From NCBI GenBank assembly GCA_009695045.1, contig SIBS01000003.1, forward strand, positions 10,561 to 74,560: a stretch of DNA of 64,000 nucleotides, given 5' to 3'. Shown piece after piece: positions 9,291-18,411 of this stretch. Position 1 is the first letter of the stretch; every line of letters begins with the position of its first letter. The DNA is from Candidatus Levyibacteriota bacterium. Its GTDB lineage: Bacteria; Patescibacteriota; Microgenomatia; Levybacterales; UBA12049. The position numbers and the translations under genes were made by a program. The notes under the pieces are model-generated. The model was given only the letters and a program-made list of their open reading frames with translations, was not told the DNA's origin and did not search any database.

Positions 9291-10018
9291 TATGATAGAC
9301 CTTTCTTTTTTTTTGATATTATTACATTCTTAATCATAAGCCATAAGCTTTCATTCCAAAAAAATAAAAGTGATGAAAAAACAAATAAAATAACCCAAAA
9401 TATTCCATCTCTTTCAATCAAAAAAAACAAATTTTTCTTTTCTATAAATAATGCTATCAAAAAATAAATTAATGAAAAAAGTGAGATAAACATCAATGCT
9501 ATGCTTCCATCCCTAAGCTCCCCTCTTCGCTGAAAGGGAAGAATAATCCTAATGAAAAAAAAGAAAATAATTATAAATATAATAGCTATTATAAATCGTT
9601 CTATATCTATATTTTTATTTTTAAAAAAATTTATAATCACATCTATTAGTAATCCAACACCAAAAACTGACAAAAATGAAATAGAGAAAAAATCAAATGA
9701 CTTACCTATTGGAATTTTTTGCTTTAACAAATAAAAATATGCAAAAATTATAATACTTGCAAATCCCCCAGCTAAAGAAAATCCTGGATAATATATAAAT
9801 GCCAAAAAAACTAATGGCTGCAAGAAAATAGATTTAAAATTAAAAATAATAAAGAAAATACGAGAAAATAATAATCCTAGAAAAAAAAGTGCAAAAATAA
9901 TATTAAACATTTGCTCCATTGAAATATTTTTCTTTAAAAAAAGAAAATCATCTTTAGATAATACATAAAAACTTAATAAAAAAATAAAGAGATATAATAG
10001 TAAAAAGGTAATTTGCAT
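9290..10018 (-). CDS. Lgt-like multi-pass membrane protein (divergent)
   Basis: FSRIFFII...YPGFSLAGGF resembles the Lgt GARL...GGLS region; context next to rluD. Confidence 0.5.
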   Translation of the reverse strand: MQITFLLLYLFIFLLSFYVLSKDDFLFLKKNISMEQMFNIIFALFFLGLLFSRIFFIIFNFKSIFLQPLVFLAFIYYPGFSLAGGFASIIIFAYFYLLKQKIPIGKSFDFFSISFLSVFGVGLLIDVIINFFKNKNIDIERFIIAIIFIIIFFFFIRIILPFQRRGELRDGSIALMFISLFSLIYFLIALFIEKKNLFFLIERDGIFWVILFVFSSLLFFWNESLWLMIKNVIISKKKKGLS

Positions 10019-10019
10019 A

Positions 10020-11324
10020 TTATTTATTTTTTACTAACATTGCTGTTCCACCAAAAAAAAGTATTATACCCATCGCTGTTATTACTTTAGATATTCCAAA
10101 TACATCTGCTAATCCACCCGCAATAATTACTGGAAGGATTGAGAATGATGCTACCATCGAATTAAGAAAACCAAATACTCTTCCCCGCATCTCATCTGTA
10201 GTTTGTGATTGAATTATAATATTTGAAGGAACAAATACCATAGAATTTGCTATACCTGAAATAAAAGAAAGAAGAACAATTATATGTAAAATTGTTAAAT
10301 CTAAAAATCCACCTGGAATAAATCTATTTAATATATGCACAAATCCTTTTGAGGCAAGCTTGCTCCCCAATGGTAAAAATATAAATACAATACCGCTAAT
10401 AACTATACCCATACTTATAAAAATCTCATTTCTATATTTTTTATTAATACTTCCTATATAAATTGCTCCAAAAATCATGCCAATAGCTGCTGGGCCTAAA
10501 ATAATCCATGAAAGGTTTTCTATCTCTACATTAAGAATTGTAGCAACATAGCCAGGACCAAGTGCTGCAAAAGTAAAAACGATTGACTGAGCAACCGTTA
10601 TAACTATCAAAGCTTTAGTTAATTTTTTTCCTTTTTTTATAAAATTTATAACTTCATTTACCTCGCTAAAAAAAGATTTACTCAATTTTCCAAAAATAAA
10701 TGATTCTTTAAGTATTTTTTTCTTTTTTTGAGTAAAATTAACAAAAAATATTGCAATTGCACTAACAAAAAATAGTGATGCAAGAAGAAGAATTGTTTTT
10801 TGATCACCTAATATCAAAAGAGCTGGCCCTGAAAGTATATATCCAAGAAAAATAGTACTATAAATACCAATAGAAAATACCGCATTTGCAGGAGTAATCA
10901 ATCTTCTTGGCACAAGTAATGGAATTATAGCCGATTCAGCGGGAAGAAAAAATTGTGTTACAACTGCAATAAGAAATGTATTTATGAGAATAAAAATAAA
11001 ATGTAAATTGGGAATTAAAAAGGGAATTAAGAGTAATCCACGAATAATATTGGTATTAAAAAGTACAGCTTTCTTATTCCATCTATCTACTAAGACACCT
11101 GCTAAAATACTAAATATTATAGATGGGATGGTAAAAGAGATGATAAGTGCAGAAACAGCAGTATTAGAATTAGTAACTTTATATATTAAAAATATAAATA
11201 CAAAATGCTGTAAATTAAACGCTAATTGAGAAAAAAATTCCGATATCATTAAGAAGAAAAATGGTTTTATGCAGAGAACCTGATAAATTTGATTTTTTTT
11301 GAAATAATTATTAAAAGTCTGCAT
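10020..11324 (-). CDS. MFS transporter
   Basis: 12 TM; AGVLVDRWNKK, FFLPAESAIIP, MRGRVFG. Confidence 0.85.
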   Translation of the reverse strand: MQTFNNYFKKNQIYQVLCIKPFFFLMISEFFSQLAFNLQHFVFIFLIYKVTNSNTAVSALIISFTIPSIIFSILAGVLVDRWNKKAVLFNTNIIRGLLLIPFLIPNLHFIFILINTFLIAVVTQFFLPAESAIIPLLVPRRLITPANAVFSIGIYSTIFLGYILSGPALLILGDQKTILLLASLFFVSAIAIFFVNFTQKKKKILKESFIFGKLSKSFFSEVNEVINFIKKGKKLTKALIVITVAQSIVFTFAALGPGYVATILNVEIENLSWIILGPAAIGMIFGAIYIGSINKKYRNEIFISMGIVISGIVFIFLPLGSKLASKGFVHILNRFIPGGFLDLTILHIIVLLSFISGIANSMVFVPSNIIIQSQTTDEMRGRVFGFLNSMVASFSILPVIIAGGLADVFGISKVITAMGIILFFGGTAMLVKNK

Positions 11325-11326
11325 AT

Positions 11327-11884
11327 TTAGACTTTTTCACTATAAGCGCCAGTTCTTGTATCTATTCTTATTTTATCTCCTTCTTCTATGAAAAGAGGTA
11401 CTTTAGTTGTGATTCCATTTTCAAGAGTTGCATCCTTAAATATACTTGTCGCAGAGTTACCTCTGATAGATGGACCAGTTTCTGAAACAGTAAACTCCAT
11501 TTTTGGAGGAAGCAGAAGTGAAAGCGCCTCATCTCTCAAAAAGCTTACGGTAAAAGTTTGACCCTCTTTTAAATATGCTGATTCATAACTTATTATCTTA
11601 AGCGGTATAGTAATTTGTTCGAAGTTTATTGGGTTCATAAAATATGCAGAATCTTCATCTTTATATAAAAATTGTATATCTCGCTTATCCAAGCGAACAG
11701 AATTAACACTTGCACTATTTATAAAACTCTTTTCAGTTGTGGAGCCACTACGAATATTTTTTACTTTTACTTTTATATTTGCACTCCCCCGCCCCATTTT
11801 AATATGTTCAAAAGAAAGCACAAGAAATAATTGTCCCTGCTCTTCAAATGCAGATCCCGCTCTTAATTCATTTACTGAAGTCAT
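11327..11884 (-). CDS. efp: elongation factor P
   Basis: EHIKMGRGSA loop, QFLYKD, FEQI, VPLFIEEGDKIRIDTRTGAYSEK. Confidence 0.95.
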   Translation of the reverse strand: MTSVNELRAGSAFEEQGQLFLVLSFEHIKMGRGSANIKVKVKNIRSGSTTEKSFINSASVNSVRLDKRDIQFLYKDEDSAYFMNPINFEQITIPLKIISYESAYLKEGQTFTVSFLRDEALSLLLPPKMEFTVSETGPSIRGNSATSIFKDATLENGITTKVPLFIEEGDKIRIDTRTGAYSEKV

Positions 11885-11946
11885 ATATAAAATAGAGTTA
11901 TTAAATAGATTTTAAATTAGTTTTTATAAGTATATTAAAAATACAA

Positions 11947-12909
11947 CTAACTAGATATTTTTCTTCTTACCCGTATCAATCCCGAACATGCCATAGTTGC
12001 AACACCTTGTTTTTCTAATGCATCTAAAAATAAATTTGCGCCGATAGAATCAGATGCCATATGCCCAGTATCTATAACATTAACATGCATTTTTTTCATT
12101 TCCACCAATGCATCTTCTGGTATATGCATATCAATTATTGTACCAACTCCTGCTTTTGCTGATTCCATATATAATTCTTTTGATGGATTGGTTCCACCAG
12201 TAAAATGTACAGCAATCTTACCAACTGGACTATTTGGAGTCCCAGAAACAATTGCTGGACCCGCTTTTCCCTTGGTAGATTCTATAAATTCTGGTAATTC
12301 CATTATTTTATCGAACAACTCTGAAAGTGTATCAAAGCTATTTTTTTGTAAATAATTATTCATAAAATTGTATCCTAAATTATCCCATACTGTATGTATA
12401 ACCATGAAGGGTATATCTAAAAGCCTAGCAGCATCCACAGCCTGAGTGTGATTAATCGGACTAAATCTTCGCTTCACGTATCCTTTTCTCTCTTGAATCA
12501 TTGAGTAAGCTATATTTTTTGGCACACCTGATTCAACAAACATATCTACTTGAGCATCCATAACTTCATGAAGAGATGCCAGCGCGTGACCACTTGGATG
12601 ATGAGAAATAAGTAATCCAATTCCTTCACCTTTTTGATTTAATCTATCTACCAATAGTGGCTCAGCACTATCAGAATCGATCCCAGCAAGCACTTTCTTA
12701 ATTTCCTTTTTAGGATCACCTACTAATATCCTAGTATCTGAATATGGATTTATTAATGACTCTTCATCAAAATATTTTTTATTTTTTAAAGATAGATCAT
12801 CATAATCTTTTTTTCGTCTAGAAAGAGCTTTCATTACGCCACTTTTTGTTCTAGGATCTGACTTAATACCCATCTCTATTGCTAAATCATAAATTTCTTT
12901 TATTGTCAT
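11947..12909 (-). CDS. NIF3 (NGG1p-interacting factor 3)-like metal-binding protein
   Basis: NPYSDTRIL, AGID, ISHHP, HTVWDN, GHMASDSIGAN; start moved to MTIKEIY. Confidence 0.8.
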   Translation of the reverse strand: MTIKEIYDLAIEMGIKSDPRTKSGVMKALSRRKKDYDDLSLKNKKYFDEESLINPYSDTRILVGDPKKEIKKVLAGIDSDSAEPLLVDRLNQKGEGIGLLISHHPSGHALASLHEVMDAQVDMFVESGVPKNIAYSMIQERKGYVKRRFSPINHTQAVDAARLLDIPFMVIHTVWDNLGYNFMNNYLQKNSFDTLSELFDKIMELPEFIESTKGKAGPAIVSGTPNSPVGKIAVHFTGGTNPSKELYMESAKAGVGTIIDMHIPEDALVEMKKMHVNVIDTGHMASDSIGANLFLDALEKQGVATMACSGLIRVRRKISS

Positions 12910-13078
12910 ATATATAAAATTATATACTATTTGACGCTCAAAAGTCAAAATATTATTTATGAATTTTCATAAAATAAAGATTAAATACTATTTATAAAAA
13001 ATTAAAATTATGATAAAACTTAAATCAATTATAAAATTTGTTCTTTAGATGACGTAAATGATATAATTCCATCATAAA

Positions 13079-13164
13079 GCCGGGATGGCGGAATGGTATA
13101 CGCGGTAGTCTCAAAAACTACTAGTCGCAAGGCTGTGTGGGTTCGAGTCCCTCTCCCGGCACCA
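13079..13164 (+). tRNA. tRNA-Leu(CAA)
   Basis: GCCGGGA/TCCCGGC acceptor stem, GTAGT-CTCAAAA-ACTAC anticodon arm, long variable arm, GTTCGAGTCC, encoded ACCA. Confidence 0.95.
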
Positions 13165-13297
13165 AAATCAAAGGTTTTGAAGAAGTCAAAAAATAAGGCA
13201 CACAGAGTAAATAACGCATCAGTATTTTTGGAAATAAGTATGAGCTTCTTACAGTAGGAATAAAACAAAATAATATTGATTTATTTCAATAATAATT

Positions 13298-14623
13298 TTA
13301 TTTCTTTTCGTCTTCCCTTTTCTTCTCTAAGCTATAAAAACGTATCCTATCCCCTCTAAACAATAAATCTACCTCTCCAACTGGACCATTACGATGCTTT
13401 GCTATTACAAGCTTTGTCTGCATAACTGGAGCAATTTCATCATCTGGTTTGTATAAAAACATTACAACATCAGCATCTTGCTCTATTGCACCAGACTCTC
13501 TTAAATCTGCAAGCTGTGGTCTTTTATCTTGTCTATTTTCAACTGCACGAGATAATTGAGAAAGACAAAGTACTGGAATCCTTAATTCTCTTGCCAGATT
13601 CTTCATTGATTGAGAAATAATAGAAACTTCTTGCACTCTATTATCTAATCTTCTACCAGAATCAACAAGTTGCAAATAGTCAACAATTATACATTTAATA
13701 TTATGTTCTAATTGTAATCTTCTTGCCCTTGAGCGCATTTCCGAAATAGTAATTCCCGGAGTATCATCAATAAAAATTGGTGACTCTGCCAAGACGCCCA
13801 TTGCATCTGATAAACGAGAGAAATCTGTCTCAGAGAGCCGACCTGTTTTCAATTTCCATGCATCTACATCAGCCTGACCAACAAGTAATCTATCAACAAG
13901 CTCCTCCTTACTCATCTCCAAAGAAAAAATTCCTACTGGTATTTTTTGCTCTACGGCAATACCTTGTGCAATATTAAGGGAGAATGCTGTTTTACCTTGA
14001 CCTGGACGAGCTGCTAGAATAACTAAATTTGCTGACTGTAATCCAGAAAGAAGATTATCAAGATCATGAAAACCAGTCTTTATCCCTCTAAAGCCTCCAC
14101 CATGTTTATGTAGTTCATCTATTCTATCAAAACTTTCTGCGAGCGCATCTTTAATTTGTATAAATCCCCTAGTCGTATTTCCTTGAGAAATAGCAAAGAT
14201 AGAAGACTCTGCTTTATCAATGAGAACCTTTACCTCTTCTTCTACGAATCCCATTTCAACAAGTTGAGTTCCAATTGTAATGAGTGAGCGTTTCGTGGAT
14301 GCCTCTTTAATAAGGATTGCGTACTGTTCTATATTTGCTGCCGTTGGAACTGCATTTACTAGCTGAGAGATATATTCACTATCTATTTTTTCATATCCTT
14401 TTTTCTTTTTCAATTCCGCACTAAGTGTAACCATGTCAACTGGTTTTCTATTATCATAAAGAGAAAGCATTGCGTTAAATATGAGTCCATTTGTATCATT
14501 ATAAAAATCCGTAAAGGAGATTAGCTCTGAAACAAGATTCATAGCATCTTTATCAATAAGAATGCCACCGAGGACACTTTGCTCTGCATCTTCATTATGT
14601 GGAGGGACACGAAGGTTAGCCAT
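13298..14623 (-). CDS. dnaB: replicative DNA helicase DnaB
   Basis: VPPHNEDAEQSVLG, AARPGQGKT, VDYLQL, LSQLSR, DLRESGAIEQDAD, KHRNGP; no intein. Confidence 0.97.
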   Translation of the reverse strand: MANLRVPPHNEDAEQSVLGGILIDKDAMNLVSELISFTDFYNDTNGLIFNAMLSLYDNRKPVDMVTLSAELKKKKGYEKIDSEYISQLVNAVPTAANIEQYAILIKEASTKRSLITIGTQLVEMGFVEEEVKVLIDKAESSIFAISQGNTTRGFIQIKDALAESFDRIDELHKHGGGFRGIKTGFHDLDNLLSGLQSANLVILAARPGQGKTAFSLNIAQGIAVEQKIPVGIFSLEMSKEELVDRLLVGQADVDAWKLKTGRLSETDFSRLSDAMGVLAESPIFIDDTPGITISEMRSRARRLQLEHNIKCIIVDYLQLVDSGRRLDNRVQEVSIISQSMKNLARELRIPVLCLSQLSRAVENRQDKRPQLADLRESGAIEQDADVVMFLYKPDDEIAPVMQTKLVIAKHRNGPVGEVDLLFRGDRIRFYSLEKKREDEKK

Positions 14624-14695
14624 ATATATTAGCTTTTAATTTTATTCACGGCTAAATTTATGTTAAGAATCTTAAAATTAGACGTCGAATGCTAA

Positions 14696-15214
14696 TTAAC
14701 TATTAGCCAGTACTATTACTTCCATTTCTTCAGGCAATTTATCTGCACTTATTACATATTTTGCAACAGGAATACTATCTCTACCCAATGCCTTCGCCGC
14801 TTCAGATGCCTGTAAACCATAAATAATTACCACCTTAGGAGAAAGTGTCGTTATGAAAGACTCACGAAGCACAGTATCGGCATTTATTACAATAATTTCA
14901 TATTCATTTCCTTCTAATGTTTTTTCAAGAGCACTAGCGCTAGTAACAAAAACCTCAACTTCATCAACATGTAATACGTACATCATGCCATTTTGATTCA
15001 TGCCCGTAATCTTTACTCCCCCAACCTCATATTCTCCGGGCCCAGATACAATAACTCTTTGACCCGATACTGTTGTTCCTAGAACTTCAGAATTTTTTAA
15101 TAAAAGCACGGCATCTGTAATTGTCTTTACACCTTTTTCTTGTGGATCAATAACGAATACTGCTTGTTTACTTTTTATACGAATTGATTCCTGATGTACT
15201 GTTGAAAATTCCAT
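14696..15214 (-). CDS. degenerate MBL-fold protein
   Basis: VIDP, VSGPGEYEVGGVKITG, LSPKVVI, LPEEMEVIVL; lacks HxHxDH. Confidence 0.65.
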   Translation of the reverse strand: MEFSTVHQESIRIKSKQAVFVIDPQEKGVKTITDAVLLLKNSEVLGTTVSGQRVIVSGPGEYEVGGVKITGMNQNGMMYVLHVDEVEVFVTSASALEKTLEGNEYEIIVINADTVLRESFITTLSPKVVIIYGLQASEAAKALGRDSIPVAKYVISADKLPEEMEVIVLANS

Positions 15215-15355
15215 ATAATAAATTTATAAAAATTATTTATTTTTAACCGATGTAGATCATCCTATCATACGCTCATTACCTTGACAAGAGGAAATTTTTG
15301 AAGTACTATCAGTTTCACTAAAAAAAGGTTTTTAGATAATTATTACACTTGAATA

Positions 15356-15787
15356 ATGAAAAAAGAAAGCTTTATTCTCTCTTTTATTGCAATCACCATT
15401 GGCATAATCGTTTCAGGCATAATCTTTTACTTCTACCAATCAACAAAAATAATTCCAGAAAATATAATTAAACCTATCACTATAAATCCAATTACTCCAG
15501 TTGCTTCAATTACAGAAATTGTCCCACTTCATATTGATCTTCCAAAAGATGAAGATGTTGTAGATACAAAATCAATAACAATCTCCGGCAAAACAATTCC
15601 AACTGCGACTATCATTATTTCAAAAGAATCGGAAGACATTATCTTAAATCCAACAAGATTAGGAACATTTTCAACATTACTTACAATCAATGACGGAGTA
15701 AATGAAATTACTATTACTTCAGTTTCACCATCTGGAGAAGAAACAACAATAAAACGAACTATTACATTCTCAACAGAAAGCTTCTAA
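15356..15787 (+). CDS. membrane-anchored protein with Ig-like beta-sandwich
   Basis: TM then ITISGKT...LTINDGVNEITITS; promoter TTGACA(15281)-17-TACTAT. Confidence 0.65.
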   Translation: MKKESFILSFIAITIGIIVSGIIFYFYQSTKIIPENIIKPITINPITPVASITEIVPLHIDLPKDEDVVDTKSITISGKTIPTATIIISKESEDIILNPTRLGTFSTLLTINDGVNEITITSVSPSGEETTIKRTITFSTESF

Positions 15788-16638
15788 TGAAATTAATTAA
15801 TAATAAAATAAAATATATTTTTACATCATTAATTATTATTTATTTTTTCTTTATTTTTAATTCATATACCCATGCTGTCACTACAATACCAAAAATATCC
15901 CCAACTACATCAACAAAAAACATCGATTCAAATACTCAAAATGCAAATCAACCTACTCCATCAAAAAATATTGAAGATCAAATTAACAATCTTAAAGACC
16001 GTATTGCCTCAAGAGTAGCACAATTAAAACTTGTTGAAAAAAAAGGAATTATTGGAATTGTTACCAGTGTTTCAGGTGCAAAAATTACGATAACAGATAT
16101 TAAGAATGATATTAAATTCATCGATGTTGACGAAATTACCAAATTTTCTTCTCCATCAGCCAAGGATTCATTTGGAATATCGGATATAGTTAAGGGAAGT
16201 AAAATTGCAACACTAGGACTATATAACAAACAATCACGACGAATTATGGCACGCTTTATTGACGTTCTCTTTACTCCAGTAATTTTGCAGGGAGCAGTTG
16301 TAGCAATCGACGAAAAAGAATTTACAATTTTAGTTCAACTTGAAGATGGACAAAAAGTAAAGGTCGATATTGAAAAAGTTACTAAAACAAATTCCTATAG
16401 CGGAGATAATGGAATTGCGAAATTTGGCTTTTCTAAAATTAAAAATGACATGCGAATTTTCGTTGCTGGATATGCCAATATTGGTGATAATAAAAGAATT
16501 ACTGCTACAAGAATCATAATATTTACTGATATTCCTAAGAATCCTAAAATAAAAATTATTCCAAATGCACTTATTCAACAGGAAACAATTGTCGCATCAA
16601 CTGGAAGTGGTAAAAAATTAACTCCAATCACTAGATAA
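15787..16638 (+). CDS. exported hypothetical protein with two repeated beta (DUF5666-like) domains
   Basis: Signal peptide, coiled coil, two G-x-V...I-x-V-x-G...A-x-x-I repeats. Confidence 0.6.
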   Translation: MKLINNKIKYIFTSLIIIYFFFIFNSYTHAVTTIPKISPTTSTKNIDSNTQNANQPTPSKNIEDQINNLKDRIASRVAQLKLVEKKGIIGIVTSVSGAKITITDIKNDIKFIDVDEITKFSSPSAKDSFGISDIVKGSKIATLGLYNKQSRRIMARFIDVLFTPVILQGAVVAIDEKEFTILVQLEDGQKVKVDIEKVTKTNSYSGDNGIAKFGFSKIKNDMRIFVAGYANIGDNKRITATRIIIFTDIPKNPKIKIIPNALIQQETIVASTGSGKKLTPITR

Positions 16639-16669
16639 TCTATAGTTATAATTTTTTAATTTACCTACA

Positions 16670-17812
16670 ATGAAAAATCGATTAAAAAACCTTAGAGATA
16701 AACTAGGAATTAAAAATACAGATGCGCTACTTATAAGCTCTATATCTAATATAATTTACCTCACTGGGTATAATGGTTTCTCAAATGAGAAACGAGAAGC
16801 ATATTTACTTATTACAAAAAATGCACAATATATTTTTACTGATTCTAGATATTCTATTGCAATTGAAGAAAAAGTTTCAGATTTTATACTTTTAAAAATC
16901 GGGGCCCAAAAACCATTTCTAAAAATACTTGAGGACTTAATAAAAGATGAAAATATAGTGTCACTTGGAATCGAAGCGAAGAGCCTTACAGTAATAGAAT
17001 ATTTGGCAATTAAAAAAATAGTTAAATGTAATCCAGTTGATTCAATATTGCAAGAGGCAAGAGAAAAAAAAGAAGAAATAGAAATTAATTCCATTAAAAA
17101 AGCCTGCGATATTGGAGATAATGCCTTTAAATATATTTTAGGCAAAATTAATGAAGGAATAAGTGAAAAGGAAATTGCCTATTATTTGGAAAACTATATA
17201 CGCCAAAATGGTGGTGAACCATCTTTTCGATCAATTGTTGCATTTGAAAAAAATGCTGCCATTCCCCATCATCTCACGGGAGATGATGTTTTAAAAAATA
17301 AAACTGGTCAATATGTCTTGATGGATTTTGGAGTAAAGATAGATAATTATTGCTCCGATATGACACGGACTATATTCTTTGGCACACCTTCAAGTACGCA
17401 AATATTAATCTATAATACGGTTAAAGAATCTCAAGAGAAAGCAATTAAATTAATTATAAGTAATTATAGACAAAAAAATAATACAAAAATAAATTATCAT
17501 AAATCTACTATGATAAATCAAAAAGGTATTTCAGCGTCAAAAATAGATAAAATTGCTAGAGATTATATTATTTCAATGAACTACCCATCTATCCCTCATT
17601 CATTAGGTCACGGGATTGGATTAGATGTTCATGAATATCCAAGCTTATCTCCTAAATCAAAGGATTTTATTCAGAATGGAATGATCTTCTCAATAGAACC
17701 AGGGATATATATACCATATATTGGCGGAGTAAGAATTGAAGATTTAATTGCTATTAGAAATAATGTGCCAGAAATACTTACTCACGCATCAAAAAATCTT
17801 ACAATCATATAA
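16670..17812 (+). CDS. pepP: Xaa-Pro aminopeptidase (M24B)
   Basis: IYLTGY, TDSRY, AIPHH, MDFG...YCSDMTRT, HSLGHGIGLDVHE, SIEPGIY, GVRIED. Confidence 0.9.
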   Translation: MKNRLKNLRDKLGIKNTDALLISSISNIIYLTGYNGFSNEKREAYLLITKNAQYIFTDSRYSIAIEEKVSDFILLKIGAQKPFLKILEDLIKDENIVSLGIEAKSLTVIEYLAIKKIVKCNPVDSILQEAREKKEEIEINSIKKACDIGDNAFKYILGKINEGISEKEIAYYLENYIRQNGGEPSFRSIVAFEKNAAIPHHLTGDDVLKNKTGQYVLMDFGVKIDNYCSDMTRTIFFGTPSSTQILIYNTVKESQEKAIKLIISNYRQKNNTKINYHKSTMINQKGISASKIDKIARDYIISMNYPSIPHSLGHGIGLDVHEYPSLSPKSKDFIQNGMIFSIEPGIYIPYIGGVRIEDLIAIRNNVPEILTHASKNLTII

Positions 17813-17814
17813 AT

Positions 17815-17844
17815 TTGACTTTTTGTATAAATCTATGATATATT
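17815..17844 (+). promoter_or_regulatory. promoter of the T-box leader
   Basis: TTGACT-18-TATATT with extended TG. Confidence 0.55.
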
Positions 17845-17860
17845 GATTTTTAGTTTATTA

Positions 17861-18086
17861 AAAGCGTTTGACTGGAGTCACGATCCAGGAGCTGAAGGTA
17901 AAAATACCTTACGGAAATTGAACCGTAAAATACAATGGTCGGTATCGCAAATACGTAGAGCCGACACAAGAGCTTAAAGGAAAAATACCTTTAAGAAGTA
18001 AGGATGGGACCGCGGGAGGTTCATTAATTATCCTCTCGTTCCTTACTCACCACAAACGTGGTGAGTAGAGAACGGGAGGTTTTTTT
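17861..18086 (+). ncRNA. His-specific T-box riboswitch (ultrashort Stem I, transcriptional)
   Basis: Stem I CTGGA-GTCACGA-TCCAG with CAC at 17879-81 and TGA/GA K-turn; IIA/B pseudoknot; antiterminator AGTAAGGA-TGGGACC-GCGGGAGG...CCTCTCGT-TCCTTACT; upstream of hisS. Confidence 0.88.
18032..18086 (+). terminator. T-box intrinsic terminator
   Basis: CCTCTCGTTC-CT-TACTCACCAC aaac GTGGTGAGTA-GA-GAACGGGAGG followed by T7; mutually exclusive with the antiterminator. Confidence 0.9.
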
Positions 18087-18118
18087 ATGGAAAATCTACC
18101 TGAAAGGAGGTGATAAAT

Positions 18119-18391
18119 ATGGAAAGAGATAATTACTCAAAATTTGGCCTAGAAGAACCAGAAATTTCAGATAAAAATATAAGGCCTGTGAGAATATTTA
18201 ATACAATAACACAGCCTACAGAGGATCAAGCAGAAAAAAATGAAAAAATTTCTGGAGAAGATTTTGTAAATAGATATAGTGAGATTATTGCTGCTATAAG
18301 AAATAATCTCAACAATAATGATAATTATATCAATTCAAATCCTATATCTGAACAGGTAAATAACATTATTGAGAATAGTGAAGAAAACTGA
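18119..18391 (+). CDS. small acidic Asn-rich hypothetical protein between the T-box and hisS
   Basis: Strong SD AAAGGAGGTG (18103-18112) then ATG 18119. Confidence 0.6.
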   Translation: MERDNYSKFGLEEPEISDKNIRPVRIFNTITQPTEDQAEKNEKISGEDFVNRYSEIIAAIRNNLNNNDNYINSNPISEQVNNIIENSEEN

Positions 18392-18411
18392 TATTCTATA
18401 AAGATAATTGT

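Noticed and set aside
13029-13268. 79-aa minus-strand ORF
   Set aside because: Antisense shadow of tRNA-Leu
13298-14623. Intein in DnaB
   Set aside because: Normal length (441 aa) and contiguous motifs
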